From NCBI GenBank assembly GCA_022841915.1, contig JALHQN010000016.1:17859-81858 (forward strand): a stretch of DNA of 64,000 nt, written 5' to 3'. How positions within the stretch are numbered: the stretch's first letter is position 1; every line of letters begins with the position of its first letter. Under the pieces are notes generated by a model that saw only the letters and a program-made list of their open reading frames with translations, did not search any database and was not told the DNA's origin. The stretch comes from Burkholderiales bacterium (GTDB lineage: Bacteria; Pseudomonadota; Gammaproteobacteria; Burkholderiales; WYBJ01). This document shows positions 1 through 9,949 of this stretch, piece after piece. The position numbers and the translations under genes are program-made.

Positions 1-2553
1 GAATTTTTCGGCACCACCCACGAGGCGACGCCGGCGATCGTCGAGATCAAGCAGTATCTGGATGCACATCCGGACGCCGTGCTGGCGGGCCTGGAGCACC
101 TCGACTCCCGCTACGTGAAGGCGGTCGACTACACGACCAAAGCCAAGCGCCAGGGCCGGCCGCGCATGGTGCTGGTCGCCGACATCGCCTCGGAAGACGA
201 ACACGCCGTCGGTCAGGCGGCTTCGCAAGTCGTGCGGATCGCGAATGCCCGCGGCGCGGAAGGCTTCGTGGCGGTCACGCCCGAAGCGCGCCACCGCTTC
301 TGGCTCGATCGCGCACGCACTGCCGCCATCGCCCGTCACACCAACGCCTTCAAGATCAACGAGGACGTCGTCATCCCGCTGGAGCGGCTGGGCGACTACA
401 CCGATGGCGTCGAGCGCATCAACATCGAGCTGTCGATCGCGAACAAGCTCGAACTGTGCGCGCGGCTCGGCGAGTTCTTCGCCGGTGACTTGCCCTTCGC
501 CGCGGGCGAGGAAGCGCGCCCCGCCGATGAGTTGATCGCGAGCAAGCTCGAAGAGGCACGCGGCCTGGTGGGCGGCGTGAGCTCGCTGTGGCAGGGACTG
601 CTCGACAACCTTGATCAGCACTTCGTCGCCCTGCGCGATCACGCCATCGTGGTGTCGTGGAAGCGCGAACTGATGATGCCGCTGGAGCAGATCTTCGCCG
701 GGCGCGTGTTCGCGCCGGTGCTGCAGCGATTGCACGCGATCCACAAGGAAGTCTTGCGCAAGCGCGTATTCGTCGCCTTGCACATGCACGCGGGCGACGG
801 CAACGTGCATACCAACCTGCCGGTGAACTCCGACGACTACGAGATGCTGCAAGTCGCCGCCCGCGCGGTCGATCGGATCATGCACCTGGCCGAGGATCTG
901 GGCGGCGTGGTCTCGGGCGAGCATGGCATCGGCATCACCAAGATGGATTACCTGCCGGCTCAGAAAGTCGCCGAGTTCAAGGACTACAAGGCGCGCGTGG
1001 ATCCGGAGGGCAGGTTCAATGCGGGCAAGCTGCTTGCCGGCGCGAACCTCGACAACGCCTATACGCCCAGCTTCTCGCTGCTGGGGGCAGAATCGCTGAT
1101 TATGGAGAAATCCGAGATCGGCACCATCGCGAATTCCATCAAGGATTGCCTGCGCTGCGGCAAGTGCAAACCGGTCTGCGCCACCCACGTGCCGGGCGCC
1201 AACCTGCTCTACAGCCCGCGCAACAAGATCCTCGGCACCAGCCTCGTGATCGAAGCCTTTCTCTACGAGGAACAGACGCGCCGCGGCGTGTCGTTCGCGC
1301 ACTTCGACGAGTTCGGCGACATCGCCGATCACTGCACCGTCTGCCACAAGTGCGCGAATCCCTGTCCGGTGGACATCGACTTCGGCGACGTGTCGATCGC
1401 GATGCGCAACTTCCTCACGCGCCACCGCAAGCGACGCTTCAATCTCGGCACCGCCGCATCGATGTTTTTCCTCAACGCGACCGACCCGCGCACGGTGAAG
1501 GCCACTCGGGCGCTGATGATCGATGTCGGCTACGGCGCGCAACGCGCGGCCCACCGGGCGGCGCGCTCCCTGGGGCTGCTCCGCGAGCAGACCAAGCATC
1601 CCTTTGCCACGGTCGGCCGGGCGCCGGTGAAGCAGCAAGTCATCCACTTCATCAACAAGCCGATGCCCGGCGGTTTGCCGAAGCGAACCTCGCGCGCGCT
1701 GCTCGACATCGAGGATCGCTCCGTCATCCCGATCCTGCGCGATCCGCAGAAGGTGTCCGACGACGGTGAAGCCGTGTTCTATTTCCCGGGCTGCGGCTCG
1801 GAGCGTCTATTCGGGCAAGTCGGGCTGGCCACGCAAGCCTTGCTCTACGAGATCGGGGTGCAGACCGTGCTGCCGCCCGGCTATCTGTGCTGCGGCTATC
1901 CGCAAACGGCAGCCGGCCGCGCCGACGAGGGCCAGAAGATCACGACCGACAACCGCGTGCTGTTCCACCGGGTCGCGCACGCGCTCAACTATCTCGACAT
2001 CCGCACGGTGATCGTCTCCTGCGGCACCTGCATGGATCAACTGCAGAAGTACGAGTTCGACAAGATCTTCCCCGGCTGCCGCCTGCTCGACATTCACGAA
2101 TATCTGCTCGAGAAGAACGTGAAGCTCGAAGGGGTCGGCGGTGTTCGCTACATGTATCACGACCCCTGCCACACGCCGATGAAGACCTACGAGCCGGGCA
2201 AAGTCGTCAATGGTCTCATGGGCAAGACGATCCCGATCAACGCCCGCTGCTGCGGCGAATCGGGCACGCTGGCGGTCACCCGTCCCGATGTCTCGACCCA
2301 GGTGCGCTTTCGCAAGGAGGCGGAACTGCGCAAAGGCGCCGATGCGCTGCGCAGCGACGGCTTCGACGGGCCCGTCAAGGTGCTCACCTCCTGCCCCTCC
2401 TGCCTGCAAGGCCTGGCGCGCTTCCGTGACGACGCGGCACTCGATCCCGAGTACATCGTGGTGGAGATGGCCAAGCACCTGCTGGGCGAGAACTGGTTGC
2501 CCGAATTCGTCGAGCGCGCCAACAAGGGCGGTATCGAACGCGTGCTTCTCTGA
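1..2553 (+). CDS. FAD-linked oxidase fused to an Fe-S/CCG-domain oxidoreductase (GlcD/GlcF-like); the 5' end is cut by the window edge
   Basis: Frame 1 is open from nt 1 (EFFGTTHEAT...) to TGA 2551-2553. It carries the FAD-oxidase C-terminal motif HAGDGNVHTNLP. Two ferredoxin-type clusters are present (CLRCGKCKPVC and CTVCHKCANPCP), followed by two Cys-rich CCG-type repeats (PGCG...CCGYP, CCGESG, LTSCPSC). Confidence 0.8.
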   Translation, partial: EFFGTTHEATPAIVEIKQYLDAHPDAVLAGLEHLDSRYVKAVDYTTKAKRQGRPRMVLVADIASEDEHAVGQAASQVVRIANARGAEGFVAVTPEARHRFWLDRARTAAIARHTNAFKINEDVVIPLERLGDYTDGVERINIELSIANKLELCARLGEFFAGDLPFAAGEEARPADELIASKLEEARGLVGGVSSLWQGLLDNLDQHFVALRDHAIVVSWKRELMMPLEQIFAGRVFAPVLQRLHAIHKEVLRKRVFVALHMHAGDGNVHTNLPVNSDDYEMLQVAARAVDRIMHLAEDLGGVVSGEHGIGITKMDYLPAQKVAEFKDYKARVDPEGRFNAGKLLAGANLDNAYTPSFSLLGAESLIMEKSEIGTIANSIKDCLRCGKCKPVCATHVPGANLLYSPRNKILGTSLVIEAFLYEEQTRRGVSFAHFDEFGDIADHCTVCHKCANPCPVDIDFGDVSIAMRNFLTRHRKRRFNLGTAASMFFLNATDPRTVKATRALMIDVGYGAQRAAHRAARSLGLLREQTKHPFATVGRAPVKQQVIHFINKPMPGGLPKRTSRALLDIEDRSVIPILRDPQKVSDDGEAVFYFPGCGSERLFGQVGLATQALLYEIGVQTVLPPGYLCCGYPQTAAGRADEGQKITTDNRVLFHRVAHALNYLDIRTVIVSCGTCMDQLQKYEFDKIFPGCRLLDIHEYLLEKNVKLEGVGGVRYMYHDPCHTPMKTYEPGKVVNGLMGKTIPINARCCGESGTLAVTRPDVSTQVRFRKEAELRKGADALRSDGFDGPVKVLTSCPSCLQGLARFRDDAALDPEYIVVEMAKHLLGENWLPEFVERANKGGIERVLL

Positions 2554-2556
2554 CGG

Positions 2557-2590
2557 GGCGGGGCGCGCTGGGCACGCGCCCGCCTTCGCT
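2557..2590 (+). terminator. GC-rich hairpin just after the oxidoreductase stop (weak terminator candidate)
   Basis: GGCGGGGCGCG / CGCGCCCGCC form a 10-bp stem with one bulged G and a 7-nt loop CTGGGCA. It is followed by TTCGCT, with no real U-tract. Confidence 0.3.
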
Positions 2591-2758
2591 CCGGCGCATC
2601 CGCAATCAGCCTGGACGCCGGGCGGCTTAAAGTCGCTGATGCCGTGGTCGTTACGTCAGTCTTGACGGCCTGTAATCGGTCCGTGCCGCGATCCGCAGGG
2701 AAATTCGGGGCGGTCCGTTCCCAGGTTCGACACCGCCACTCTAAGACTTGCCTTCATC

Positions 2759-3877
2759 GTGCTTATCCGATCCGATCCCAGCGCGGACGTCGACGCGCTC
2801 TCGCGCCTGCTGCAGGAAGTCGCGGCCGCTCCCGATGTCGGCCTGATCGTGGTGCTCGCCTGCGATGCCAATGGGTTCACGCCGGCCGTGCTCGATCCCC
2901 TCTTGCGCGCATGCGCGAAACCGCTGATCGGCGGCATCTTTCCGCAGATCATCGAGGGGGCCCGGGTGTACCAGCGAGGCACGATCGTGGCCGGGTTGCG
3001 CTGTCGCGCCACGGTGACGACGATCGATCGCCTGGAGCAGAGCGCACCCGACTTCGAAGCACGCATCGCCAGCAGGCTGAAGGAGTTCGAGCAGGGCCGC
3101 GGCACCTTGCTCGTATTCGCCGACGGCTGGTCAGCACGCATCTCCGCGCTGATCGACGCGCTCTTCAATACGTTCGGCCTGGACCTCGACTATCTGGGGG
3201 CTGGCGCCGGATCGCTCAGCCTGCGTCGATCCCCCTGCATCATGACCAATGACGGATTGCTCTCGGATGCCGCCGTACTGGCACTGACCGACATCGGTGC
3301 CGGCATCGGCGTCGGCCATGGCTGGATGCCCATCAGTCAGCCTTACAAGGTGACGCAAGCCGACCGCAACACCGTCATCAGCCTGGACTGGAAGCCCGCG
3401 TTCGATGTCTACCGCGAGATCGTCGAGGCGCACTCCGGTCGCAGCTTCGAGGGGGCCGAATTCTTCGACCTCGCCAAAGCCTACCCTTTCGGGATCGCCA
3501 AGCTCGATAACGAAATGATCGTTCGCGACCCCTTCATCCAGGACGGGTCGCGCATCGCTTGCGTGGGCGATGTACCGCGCGGCACCTACCTACACGTATT
3601 GCACGGCGACACCGATAGTCTGATTGTGGCGGCCGGGCGGGCAAGGGCCCTGGCGCAGTCTTCGTATCGCGGCGTGTCGGCGGAGCCATCGCTGCTGTTC
3701 ATCGACTGCGTATCGCGAGTGCTTTTCCTGCAGGACGAGTTCGCCCGCGAGATCGCAGCCGTCGATACGGGCTTGCCCCTGATCGGCGCACTGACGCTCG
3801 GCGAGATCGCCAACAGCGGCCGCGAATGCCTGGAGTTCTACAACAAGACCGCTGTGGTCGGGCTGCTGGATGCTTGA
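2759..3877 (+). CDS. FIST-domain sensory protein
   Basis: 372-aa ORF with a GTG start and high third-position GC. Length and sequence pattern are typical of FIST_N/FIST_C proteins (central GGIFPQII, C-terminal GALTLGEIA...FYNKT). It overlaps the downstream histidine kinase gene by 8 nt, suggesting translational coupling. Confidence 0.6.
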   Translation: MLIRSDPSADVDALSRLLQEVAAAPDVGLIVVLACDANGFTPAVLDPLLRACAKPLIGGIFPQIIEGARVYQRGTIVAGLRCRATVTTIDRLEQSAPDFEARIASRLKEFEQGRGTLLVFADGWSARISALIDALFNTFGLDLDYLGAGAGSLSLRRSPCIMTNDGLLSDAAVLALTDIGAGIGVGHGWMPISQPYKVTQADRNTVISLDWKPAFDVYREIVEAHSGRSFEGAEFFDLAKAYPFGIAKLDNEMIVRDPFIQDGSRIACVGDVPRGTYLHVLHGDTDSLIVAAGRARALAQSSYRGVSAEPSLLFIDCVSRVLFLQDEFAREIAAVDTGLPLIGALTLGEIANSGRECLEFYNKTAVVGLLDA

Positions 3878-6800
3878 AGCGTCGACATCCGCCGTGCCTT
3901 CGCGGGCCACCCTCGACCCCGTCATCCTGCTCGAGTTGGCGCTCGCGGTCGGCTCGAGTCTCGATCGAGACGCCATGCTGCGCGACGCCCTGCCGGTGTA
4001 CGCGCGCAAATTGGGCTGCACGATGGCCGCGGTGCTCGACGCCGACGACGGCTACCGGCAATCCGTGTCCAGCGTGCCGCGCAACCTCACGGGCAACGTC
4101 CGATGGCAGTTCGCACGGGCCGCCATCGCGGCGGCCTTCGCAACCGATCCGACGCTCTCGACGCATGCCGTCGAGGCGGGTCGGAACTGGTATTACGCCT
4201 TCAGGTTGGAGGACGCCGGCGTGCTCGTCCTGGGACGCGCCGTGCCGTTCGCGCCCTATGTCGTGCGGGAACTCGAGCCGGTCGTCGGACTCCTCGCTCG
4301 CGCCTGCCGGGCATGTAGCGACTACCAGGACAAGCAGGCGTCCGAGGCAAGACTGCGCGAGGCGCGCGAGCAGCTAGACTTCGCCATCCAGGGCTCGGGG
4401 GCCGGGCTTTGGGACTGGCGGGTGCAGACCGGCGTCGTGCAGGTCAACGAGTGCTGGGCGCAGATGATCGGCTATACCGTGGCCGAGCTTGCGCCCGTCG
4501 ATTTCCAGACCTGGAAGGACGCGCTCCATCCCGACGACGTTGCCGCGTCGCAGGCCGCATTGCAGGCCCACTTCCGCGGCGCGACCGAGCGTTTCGTGTT
4601 CGAGGGGCGCATGCGGCATCGGGATGGCCACTGGATCTGGATCCTGGCTCAGGGGCGCGTGGTCGAATGGGATGGCGACGACCCGGTCCGGCGCACGCCG
4701 CTGCGCATGGTCGGAACGCATACCGACATCACGAAGCACAAGACGCTCGAAAAGGCGCTCGAGCACGAGCGCAGCCTGCTCAAGACGCTGGTGCAGACGA
4801 TACCCGATCTCGTGTGGCTCAAGGATGCCCAGGGCGTCTATCTCGCGTGCAACCCGCAGTTCGAGCGACTCTACGGCGCCAGGGAAGCCGACATCGTCGG
4901 CAAGACCGACTACGACTTCGTCGCCCCGGCATTGGCCGACATGTTCCGGGCCAACGATCGCGCGGCGCACGCTGCCGGGCGCCCGCACACCAACGAAGAA
5001 GCCCTGACGTTCGCCGCGAACGGCTACCAGGGCCTGTTCCAGACCACCAAGACACCGATGTACGATGCCGAAGGCGGGCTGATCGGCGTACTCGGCATTG
5101 CGCGCGACATCACGGCAGTTCGGAGCGCCGACGAACATCGACGGCATCTGCTCGACATCTCGCGCGACGGCCTCATCGTGCTGGACAGCGACTACCGGGT
5201 GGTCGAAGCCAATCGGCGCATGGCCGACATGCTCGGCTACACCGTGGAGGAACTGATCGGCATGCACCCTTGGCAATGGGACGCCAACTGGACCGAGGCG
5301 GAGATACGCACGCGCTTTCCCGACCTCTCGACGACCAACGCGACTTTCGAGACGACCCACCGTCGCAAGGACGGCACATCGTATGCCGCGGAAATCAGCG
5401 CCACCGGCTGCATCGTCAACGGCACTGTTCGCGCACTGAATGTGGTCCGAGACATCAGCGAACGCGTGCGCTCGGCACTGGCGCTTCAGACCAGCGAAGC
5501 GCGCCTGAGCGCCTTGCTGCGCCAGGCAGCCGACGGCATCGTGCTGATCGATGTGGAAACACTGGGCTTCGCGGAGTTCAACGATGCCGCTTGTCGTGGC
5601 CTGGGCTACACGAGGGAAGAGTTCGCCTTGCTGGGCCTCGCGTCCATCAATCGCGACATGCCGCCCGCTGAATTTAGTACGGTGATCAAGTCGATCGTCG
5701 AGCGCGGCGGCCTGGATTTCGAAACCACGCACCGCTGCAAGGATGGAAGCCTGCGAGAGGTTCGCGTGACCAACCGGCCTGTCCATACCGCCGGTCGCAC
5801 CTACATCGTTGCCATCTGGACGGATATCACCGAGCGCAAGCACACTGAACGCGAACTCGAGCGACACCGGCTGCATCTGGAAGAAGAGGTGGCGGCGCGC
5901 ACCGAGGACCTCAGCGTGGCCAAGGAAGCCGCCGAAGCGGCAAGCCGGGCGAAGAGCACCTTTCTGGCGAACATGAGCCACGAACTGCGCACCCCGATGA
6001 ATGCGATCATGGGCATGACCGGGATCGCGCTGCGTCGGGCAACCGAGCCAAAACTCAAGGAGCAACTGACGAAAATCGGCAATGCTTCGAAGCATCTGCT
6101 GGGCGTGATCAACGACATCCTCGACCTGTCCAAGATCGAAGCGGAGCGCCTGACCCTCGAGTCCACCGAGTTCAATCTGAAGGCCCTGGTGCAAAGCCAC
6201 GTGGGCATGATCGGGCACAAGGCGGCGGAGAAAGGCCTCGATTTCGTCGTCGACGAACCTGCGGACAGCGAACGGATCTGGGTGCGCGGCGATCCCCTGC
6301 GTCTGGGCCAGATTCTGCTCAATCTGACCGGCAACGCGATCAAGTTCACACCGACCGGCGCGGTCACGCTGCGGGTCATCGTCGAGCACGAAAAATCCGA
6401 CCACACGAGCATCCGTTTCGAAGTCCGCGACACCGGCATCGGTATCGCACAGGCGGACCAACAGCGTTTGTTCACGGCATTCGAACAGGCCGATCCGTCG
6501 CTCACGCGCAAGTACGGCGGGACGGGTTTGGGACTGGCCATCACCAAGCGACTGGTGCAGGCAATGGGCGCAGAGATTCACGTCGAGAGCGAACCGGGCG
6601 CCGGCAGCCGGTTCTGGTTCACGCTTCGATTGCCGCGAGCGTTCGAACCGGCCGCCTCGCCGAGCTCCGAGCTGCGCGGGGCCTCGGCCGAGGCAATACT
6701 GCGATCGTACTTCGCCGGCACCCGAATACTCGTTGCCGAAGACGAGCCGGTGAATCAAGAAGTCGTGCGCGAATTATTGGAGGCTGCCGACCTGAACGTC

Positions 6801-7184
6801 GATGTCGCACAGGACGGCCAAGAGGCGCTCGACATGGCCATGCATACGCCATACGCCCTGATCCTGATGGACATGCAAATGCCGAAAATGAATGGCGTGG
6901 CGTCGGCGCGCGCGATTCGTCGGGCCTCACTGTGCCGGGGCACACCCATCGTCGCACTCACGGCAAACGCTTTCAACGAGGACCGGTCGGTGTGCATGGC
7001 CGCCGGCATGAACGATCATCTCGCCAAGCCCGTGGAGCCGGACCTGCTGTTCGAAACCGTGCTGAGATGGCTCACCAAGACGCGCTCCTCGGCGGACGGC
7101 AACGCAGCCCCGTCGGCCTGCCGAGACAGCGAAGCTTTGCGTTCCGGTACCGCCGCGGAACTGGAAGGGTTCGGCAACACCTGA
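3870..7184 (+). CDS. Hybrid sensor histidine kinase (N-terminal GAF-like region, about four PAS/PAC repeats, HisKA, HATPase_c, C-terminal receiver)
   Basis: H-box MSHELRTPMNAI and N/G boxes LLNLTGNAIKFT, DTGIGI and GGTGLGLAI are present. The receiver domain shows ILVAEDEPVNQ...LILMDMQMPKMNG...ALTANA. PAS signatures recur (e.g. GLWDW...WAQMIGY, RDITERK). Confidence 0.9.
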   Translation: MLEASTSAVPSRATLDPVILLELALAVGSSLDRDAMLRDALPVYARKLGCTMAAVLDADDGYRQSVSSVPRNLTGNVRWQFARAAIAAAFATDPTLSTHAVEAGRNWYYAFRLEDAGVLVLGRAVPFAPYVVRELEPVVGLLARACRACSDYQDKQASEARLREAREQLDFAIQGSGAGLWDWRVQTGVVQVNECWAQMIGYTVAELAPVDFQTWKDALHPDDVAASQAALQAHFRGATERFVFEGRMRHRDGHWIWILAQGRVVEWDGDDPVRRTPLRMVGTHTDITKHKTLEKALEHERSLLKTLVQTIPDLVWLKDAQGVYLACNPQFERLYGAREADIVGKTDYDFVAPALADMFRANDRAAHAAGRPHTNEEALTFAANGYQGLFQTTKTPMYDAEGGLIGVLGIARDITAVRSADEHRRHLLDISRDGLIVLDSDYRVVEANRRMADMLGYTVEELIGMHPWQWDANWTEAEIRTRFPDLSTTNATFETTHRRKDGTSYAAEISATGCIVNGTVRALNVVRDISERVRSALALQTSEARLSALLRQAADGIVLIDVETLGFAEFNDAACRGLGYTREEFALLGLASINRDMPPAEFSTVIKSIVERGGLDFETTHRCKDGSLREVRVTNRPVHTAGRTYIVAIWTDITERKHTERELERHRLHLEEEVAARTEDLSVAKEAAEAASRAKSTFLANMSHELRTPMNAIMGMTGIALRRATEPKLKEQLTKIGNASKHLLGVINDILDLSKIEAERLTLESTEFNLKALVQSHVGMIGHKAAEKGLDFVVDEPADSERIWVRGDPLRLGQILLNLTGNAIKFTPTGAVTLRVIVEHEKSDHTSIRFEVRDTGIGIAQADQQRLFTAFEQADPSLTRKYGGTGLGLAITKRLVQAMGAEIHVESEPGAGSRFWFTLRLPRAFEPAASPSSELRGASAEAILRSYFAGTRILVAEDEPVNQEVVRELLEAADLNVDVAQDGQEALDMAMHTPYALILMDMQMPKMNGVASARAIRRASLCRGTPIVALTANAFNEDRSVCMAAGMNDHLAKPVEPDLLFETVLRWLTKTRSSADGNAAPSACRDSEALRSGTAAELEGFGNT

Positions 7185-7236
7185 GGCTCTGAATCGCGGC
7201 CGAACCGAGGCATCCCGGGCCTGCGCGCGGCAAGCG

Positions 7237-8529
7237 TTACTCACTGATCGAGCGGGCGAGCCGGATCCCCGCAAATACATCGCTGCGATCGGGCGTATAG
7301 AAGTTGCGCCAGCGGTTATGCACCAGGCGCGAGCGCGTTGCGAACGATCCGCCGCGCAGGACGCGATGATCGCCGAACCAGGGCTGCGAGTACTCCTTGT
7401 AGGGTCCGGGCTGGAACCCCGGATAGGGAACAAACGGGCTCGAGGTCCATTCCCATACATTGCCCAACATCTGGCGCAGCCCGGTGCGGCTGTCGCCTCC
7501 CGGCAGGGCGGCACTGGGAACGGCGCCGTCCCATGCGCAGTCGAGGTTCGCCTGATCGGCCCGCGGCGAGATCGCCCCCCACGGATAGCGATCCGCGCCC
7601 GGATCCAGTTCGGCGCGCGCCGCGTACTCCCACTCCGCCTCGGTAGGCAGTCGAGCACCCGCGAATGCCGCGTAGGCGTCGGCCTCGTGCGCGCTCACGT
7701 GCATCATCGGTTCCGCATCGACCAGCGGCTCGATGCGGTCGAACCGCCGCAGCCGCCAGACCCCGCCATCCCGCTGCCAGTGACGCGGATGGTTCAAGCC
7801 GAGGCCTTGCCGCCATTGCCAGCCTTCGTCGGTCCACCAGCGCCGCTCGCCGTACCCGTTCGAATCGACGAAGCCACGGTACTGAAGTTGGGTGACGGTC
7901 GTGGTGGCCAATGCAAACGGCGCGATGTCGACCTCGTGCGCCTGCAACTCGTTATCGAAAACGAAGTCCGCACCCGGCATCGCCCCCATCGTGAAGCGAC
8001 CGCCGCCGAAACACACCTCGGACAGGCGGGGCGCCTCGACTGCGGCCATCTGCGACACCGATCGAGACGCCGGCCCCGGCAGCCCCAAGGTCTGCAGCGA
8101 CATGCGAAACGCCTCGGCATGCATGTCTTCATGATAGAGCGCGAGCATGGGAAAGTAGCTGTCCAGGACCGGCGCATGCTCGATGCGTCGAACCGTGGCC
8201 TCCAGCACGCGCTGCATGTAGTCGCGCACGATATCCCAGTCGAGCGCAGGCAGATCCCATCGCGCGGGATGAGCAATGAGCGCCGAGTTGAGCATGGGAT
8301 CGGCGTCGGTCAGCATCGACGCCTCGCGTAGCGCCCCGTCGCGCCAGCGCAGGCACCAGTGTTCCTGGAACCAGGCGACGTGGGCCAGTTCCCACAGCGG
8401 CGGATTCACCGTACGGCCGTATGGAAAGCGCATGGCCGCTTCATCCAGATGGGCATAGGCCGACAGCGTATAATCGCGGGCATCCTGCAACGCCTCGATC
8501 AACCGTTTACGATCGTTCAACGCTCTCAC
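7237..8529 (-). CDS. senA: EgtB-family sulfoxide/selenoxide synthase (DinB-like N-domain plus FGE-sulfatase C-domain); SenA-like by gene context
   Basis: The N-domain carries metal-ligand style motifs WELAHVAWFQEHW and LYHEDMHAEAF. The C-domain shows FGE-fold motifs LPTEAEWEYAAR, GNVWEWTSS, RVLRGGSF and GIRLAR. GTG start 8529 is preceded by a GGGGG SD; the listed 735-aa ORF extends upstream only as antisense of the neighbouring GT gene. The SenA versus EgtB assignment rests only on the adjacent SenB-like glycosyltransferase. Confidence 0.6.
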   Translation of the reverse strand: MRALNDRKRLIEALQDARDYTLSAYAHLDEAAMRFPYGRTVNPPLWELAHVAWFQEHWCLRWRDGALREASMLTDADPMLNSALIAHPARWDLPALDWDIVRDYMQRVLEATVRRIEHAPVLDSYFPMLALYHEDMHAEAFRMSLQTLGLPGPASRSVSQMAAVEAPRLSEVCFGGGRFTMGAMPGADFVFDNELQAHEVDIAPFALATTTVTQLQYRGFVDSNGYGERRWWTDEGWQWRQGLGLNHPRHWQRDGGVWRLRRFDRIEPLVDAEPMMHVSAHEADAYAAFAGARLPTEAEWEYAARAELDPGADRYPWGAISPRADQANLDCAWDGAVPSAALPGGDSRTGLRQMLGNVWEWTSSPFVPYPGFQPGPYKEYSQPWFGDHRVLRGGSFATRSRLVHNRWRNFYTPDRSDVFAGIRLARSISE

Positions 8530-9504
8530 TTGTCGCCCCCTGTCATCCTGATCGTCTCGCCGTACGCCGCGGCTGCCAACAACGGCAACACGCGCACGGC
8601 CGAGCGCTGGGCAAGACTGCTCAGCCCCGACTATCGCGCGATTGTACGCACGCCGCAGGATCCGCTCGGTGACGCCGATGTGCTCGTCGCATTGCACGCA
8701 CGCCGCAGCCACGCCGCGCTGCGCGCCTGGCGAGCGCGCGACCCGCAGCATCCGTGCATCCTGGTGCTCACAGGCACCGACTTGTATCGGGATATCCCCG
8801 AGCGCGACGCCAGCGCCCTCGAATCGCTGGCCCTCGCCGACGAACTGATCGTTCTGCAAGAGCGCGGCATCGAAGCCCTGCCTGCCGAACATCGCGGCAA
8901 GGCCACGGTGATCTACCAATCCGCCGCTGCCATGCCGTCTTGCGCAAAGTCGTCCCGGCGCCTGAACGCCTTGTTCGTGGGGCATCTGCGCGAGGAGAAG
9001 GATCCTCTTACTTTCATGCGCGCAGCCGCCGCCTTGTCCCCACGCAAAGACATCTCGTTCGCGCTCGCCGGCGGCCTGCGCGATGCCGCGATCGAGGCGA
9101 CCCTGGCGCCGCTGCGCGAGCAAGCACCCCAAGTGCGCCTGCTCGGCGCGCTGTCCCACGGCCGCACTCGGCAACGCATCCGGCGCGCCCATGTACTCGT
9201 CGTGCCCTCGCGCATGGAAGGCGGCGCCAATGTCATCGTCGAAGCCGTCATGTCCGGCACACCGGTGCTGGCGAGCGATTGCGACGGCAATGTCGGCATG
9301 CTGGGGGCCGGGTATCCGGGCTATTTCCCGGTAGGCGATGACGTCGCTCTTGCGCATCTGCTCGTCAGGTGCCGCGACGAACCGGCCTTCCTGCCGAGCT
9401 TGCAAACCCAATGTCGGGTGCGCGCACCGCTGTTCACCGCGCAAGCCGAACGGCAGGCTCTGGTCGCTGTGCTCGAACGCCGCCTCGCACCTCGGACCGG
9501 CTGA
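8530..9504 (+). CDS. senB: GT-B fold glycosyltransferase, SenB-like (selenosugar synthase-like); start uncertain (TTG 8530 or ATG 8449)
   Basis: The N-terminal strand-loop VILIVSPYAAAANNGNTRTAERWARLL and the C-terminal GT4-type motif PSRMEGGANVIVEAVMSGTPVLAS are present. It is paired head to head with the EgtB-family gene. From memory, this GT subfamily co-occurs with EgtB-like and SelD-like genes in the sen cluster. Confidence 0.55.
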   Translation: MSPPVILIVSPYAAAANNGNTRTAERWARLLSPDYRAIVRTPQDPLGDADVLVALHARRSHAALRAWRARDPQHPCILVLTGTDLYRDIPERDASALESLALADELIVLQERGIEALPAEHRGKATVIYQSAAAMPSCAKSSRRLNALFVGHLREEKDPLTFMRAAAALSPRKDISFALAGGLRDAAIEATLAPLREQAPQVRLLGALSHGRTRQRIRRAHVLVVPSRMEGGANVIVEAVMSGTPVLASDCDGNVGMLGAGYPGYFPVGDDVALAHLLVRCRDEPAFLPSLQTQCRVRAPLFTAQAERQALVAVLERRLAPRTG

Positions 9505-9513
9505 TCCACGAGT

Positions 9514-9942
9514 TCAATGTCGCGCGTTGCGCAGGATTTCCGCGCGGGCGTCCCTGACCTGCCTGGATGTCCAATGGCTGGCGATGAACGCGAGTACGGC
9601 GCGGATCTCCTCGTCGGTCAGCCGGTCGCCGAATCCCGGCATGTCGCTCTCGTAACCCGGCGGCGCATAGGGCGCCACCATGCCATGCTTGGTGATCGCG
9701 AACAGCAGTTCGTCCGCGTGGTGCCAGGTGTGCCCGCTTTCGTCATGAGGCGGCGCCGGCAGGCGACCGTTGGGCAAGCGCTCGCGCCAGTTCGGCTGCC
9801 CTTCCAGCTTGGCGCCATGACAAGCGGCACAGTGCTGCTCGTAGACGCGGGCGCCGGTGGCGATCTGCGCCGGGTCCGGCGTATCGGCGGTGCAGGCCGC
9901 GAGTACCCCGCAAAGTGCGATCAATAGCAAGCTTCGCGTCAT
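9514..9942 (-). CDS. Class I c-type cytochrome, probable lipoprotein
   Basis: ATG at 9942. The signal sequence carries a lipobox ([13 protein letters not shown]). The heme-binding motif is CAACH, with a distal Met region DMPGFG. The gene lies 7 nt downstream of the patatin gene stop. Confidence 0.8.
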   Translation of the reverse strand: MTRSLLLIALCGVLAACTADTPDPAQIATGARVYEQHCAACHGAKLEGQPNWRERLPNGRLPAPPHDESGHTWHHADELLFAITKHGMVAPYAPPGYESDMPGFGDRLTDEEIRAVLAFIASHWTSRQVRDARAEILRNARH

Positions 9943-9949
9943 GGACAAT

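Noticed and set aside
4374-6758. Very long minus-strand ORF (794 aa) opposite the histidine kinase. Similar giants occur at 12840-15260, 32049-34529 and 35804-37618, and the 5' two-fifths of 7237-9444 behaves the same way.
   Set aside because: Their translations are Arg/Ala/Gly/Pro-rich, low-complexity and lack motifs. They lie antisense to genes with clear domain content. These are the usual stop-codon-poor shadow frames of high-GC DNA.
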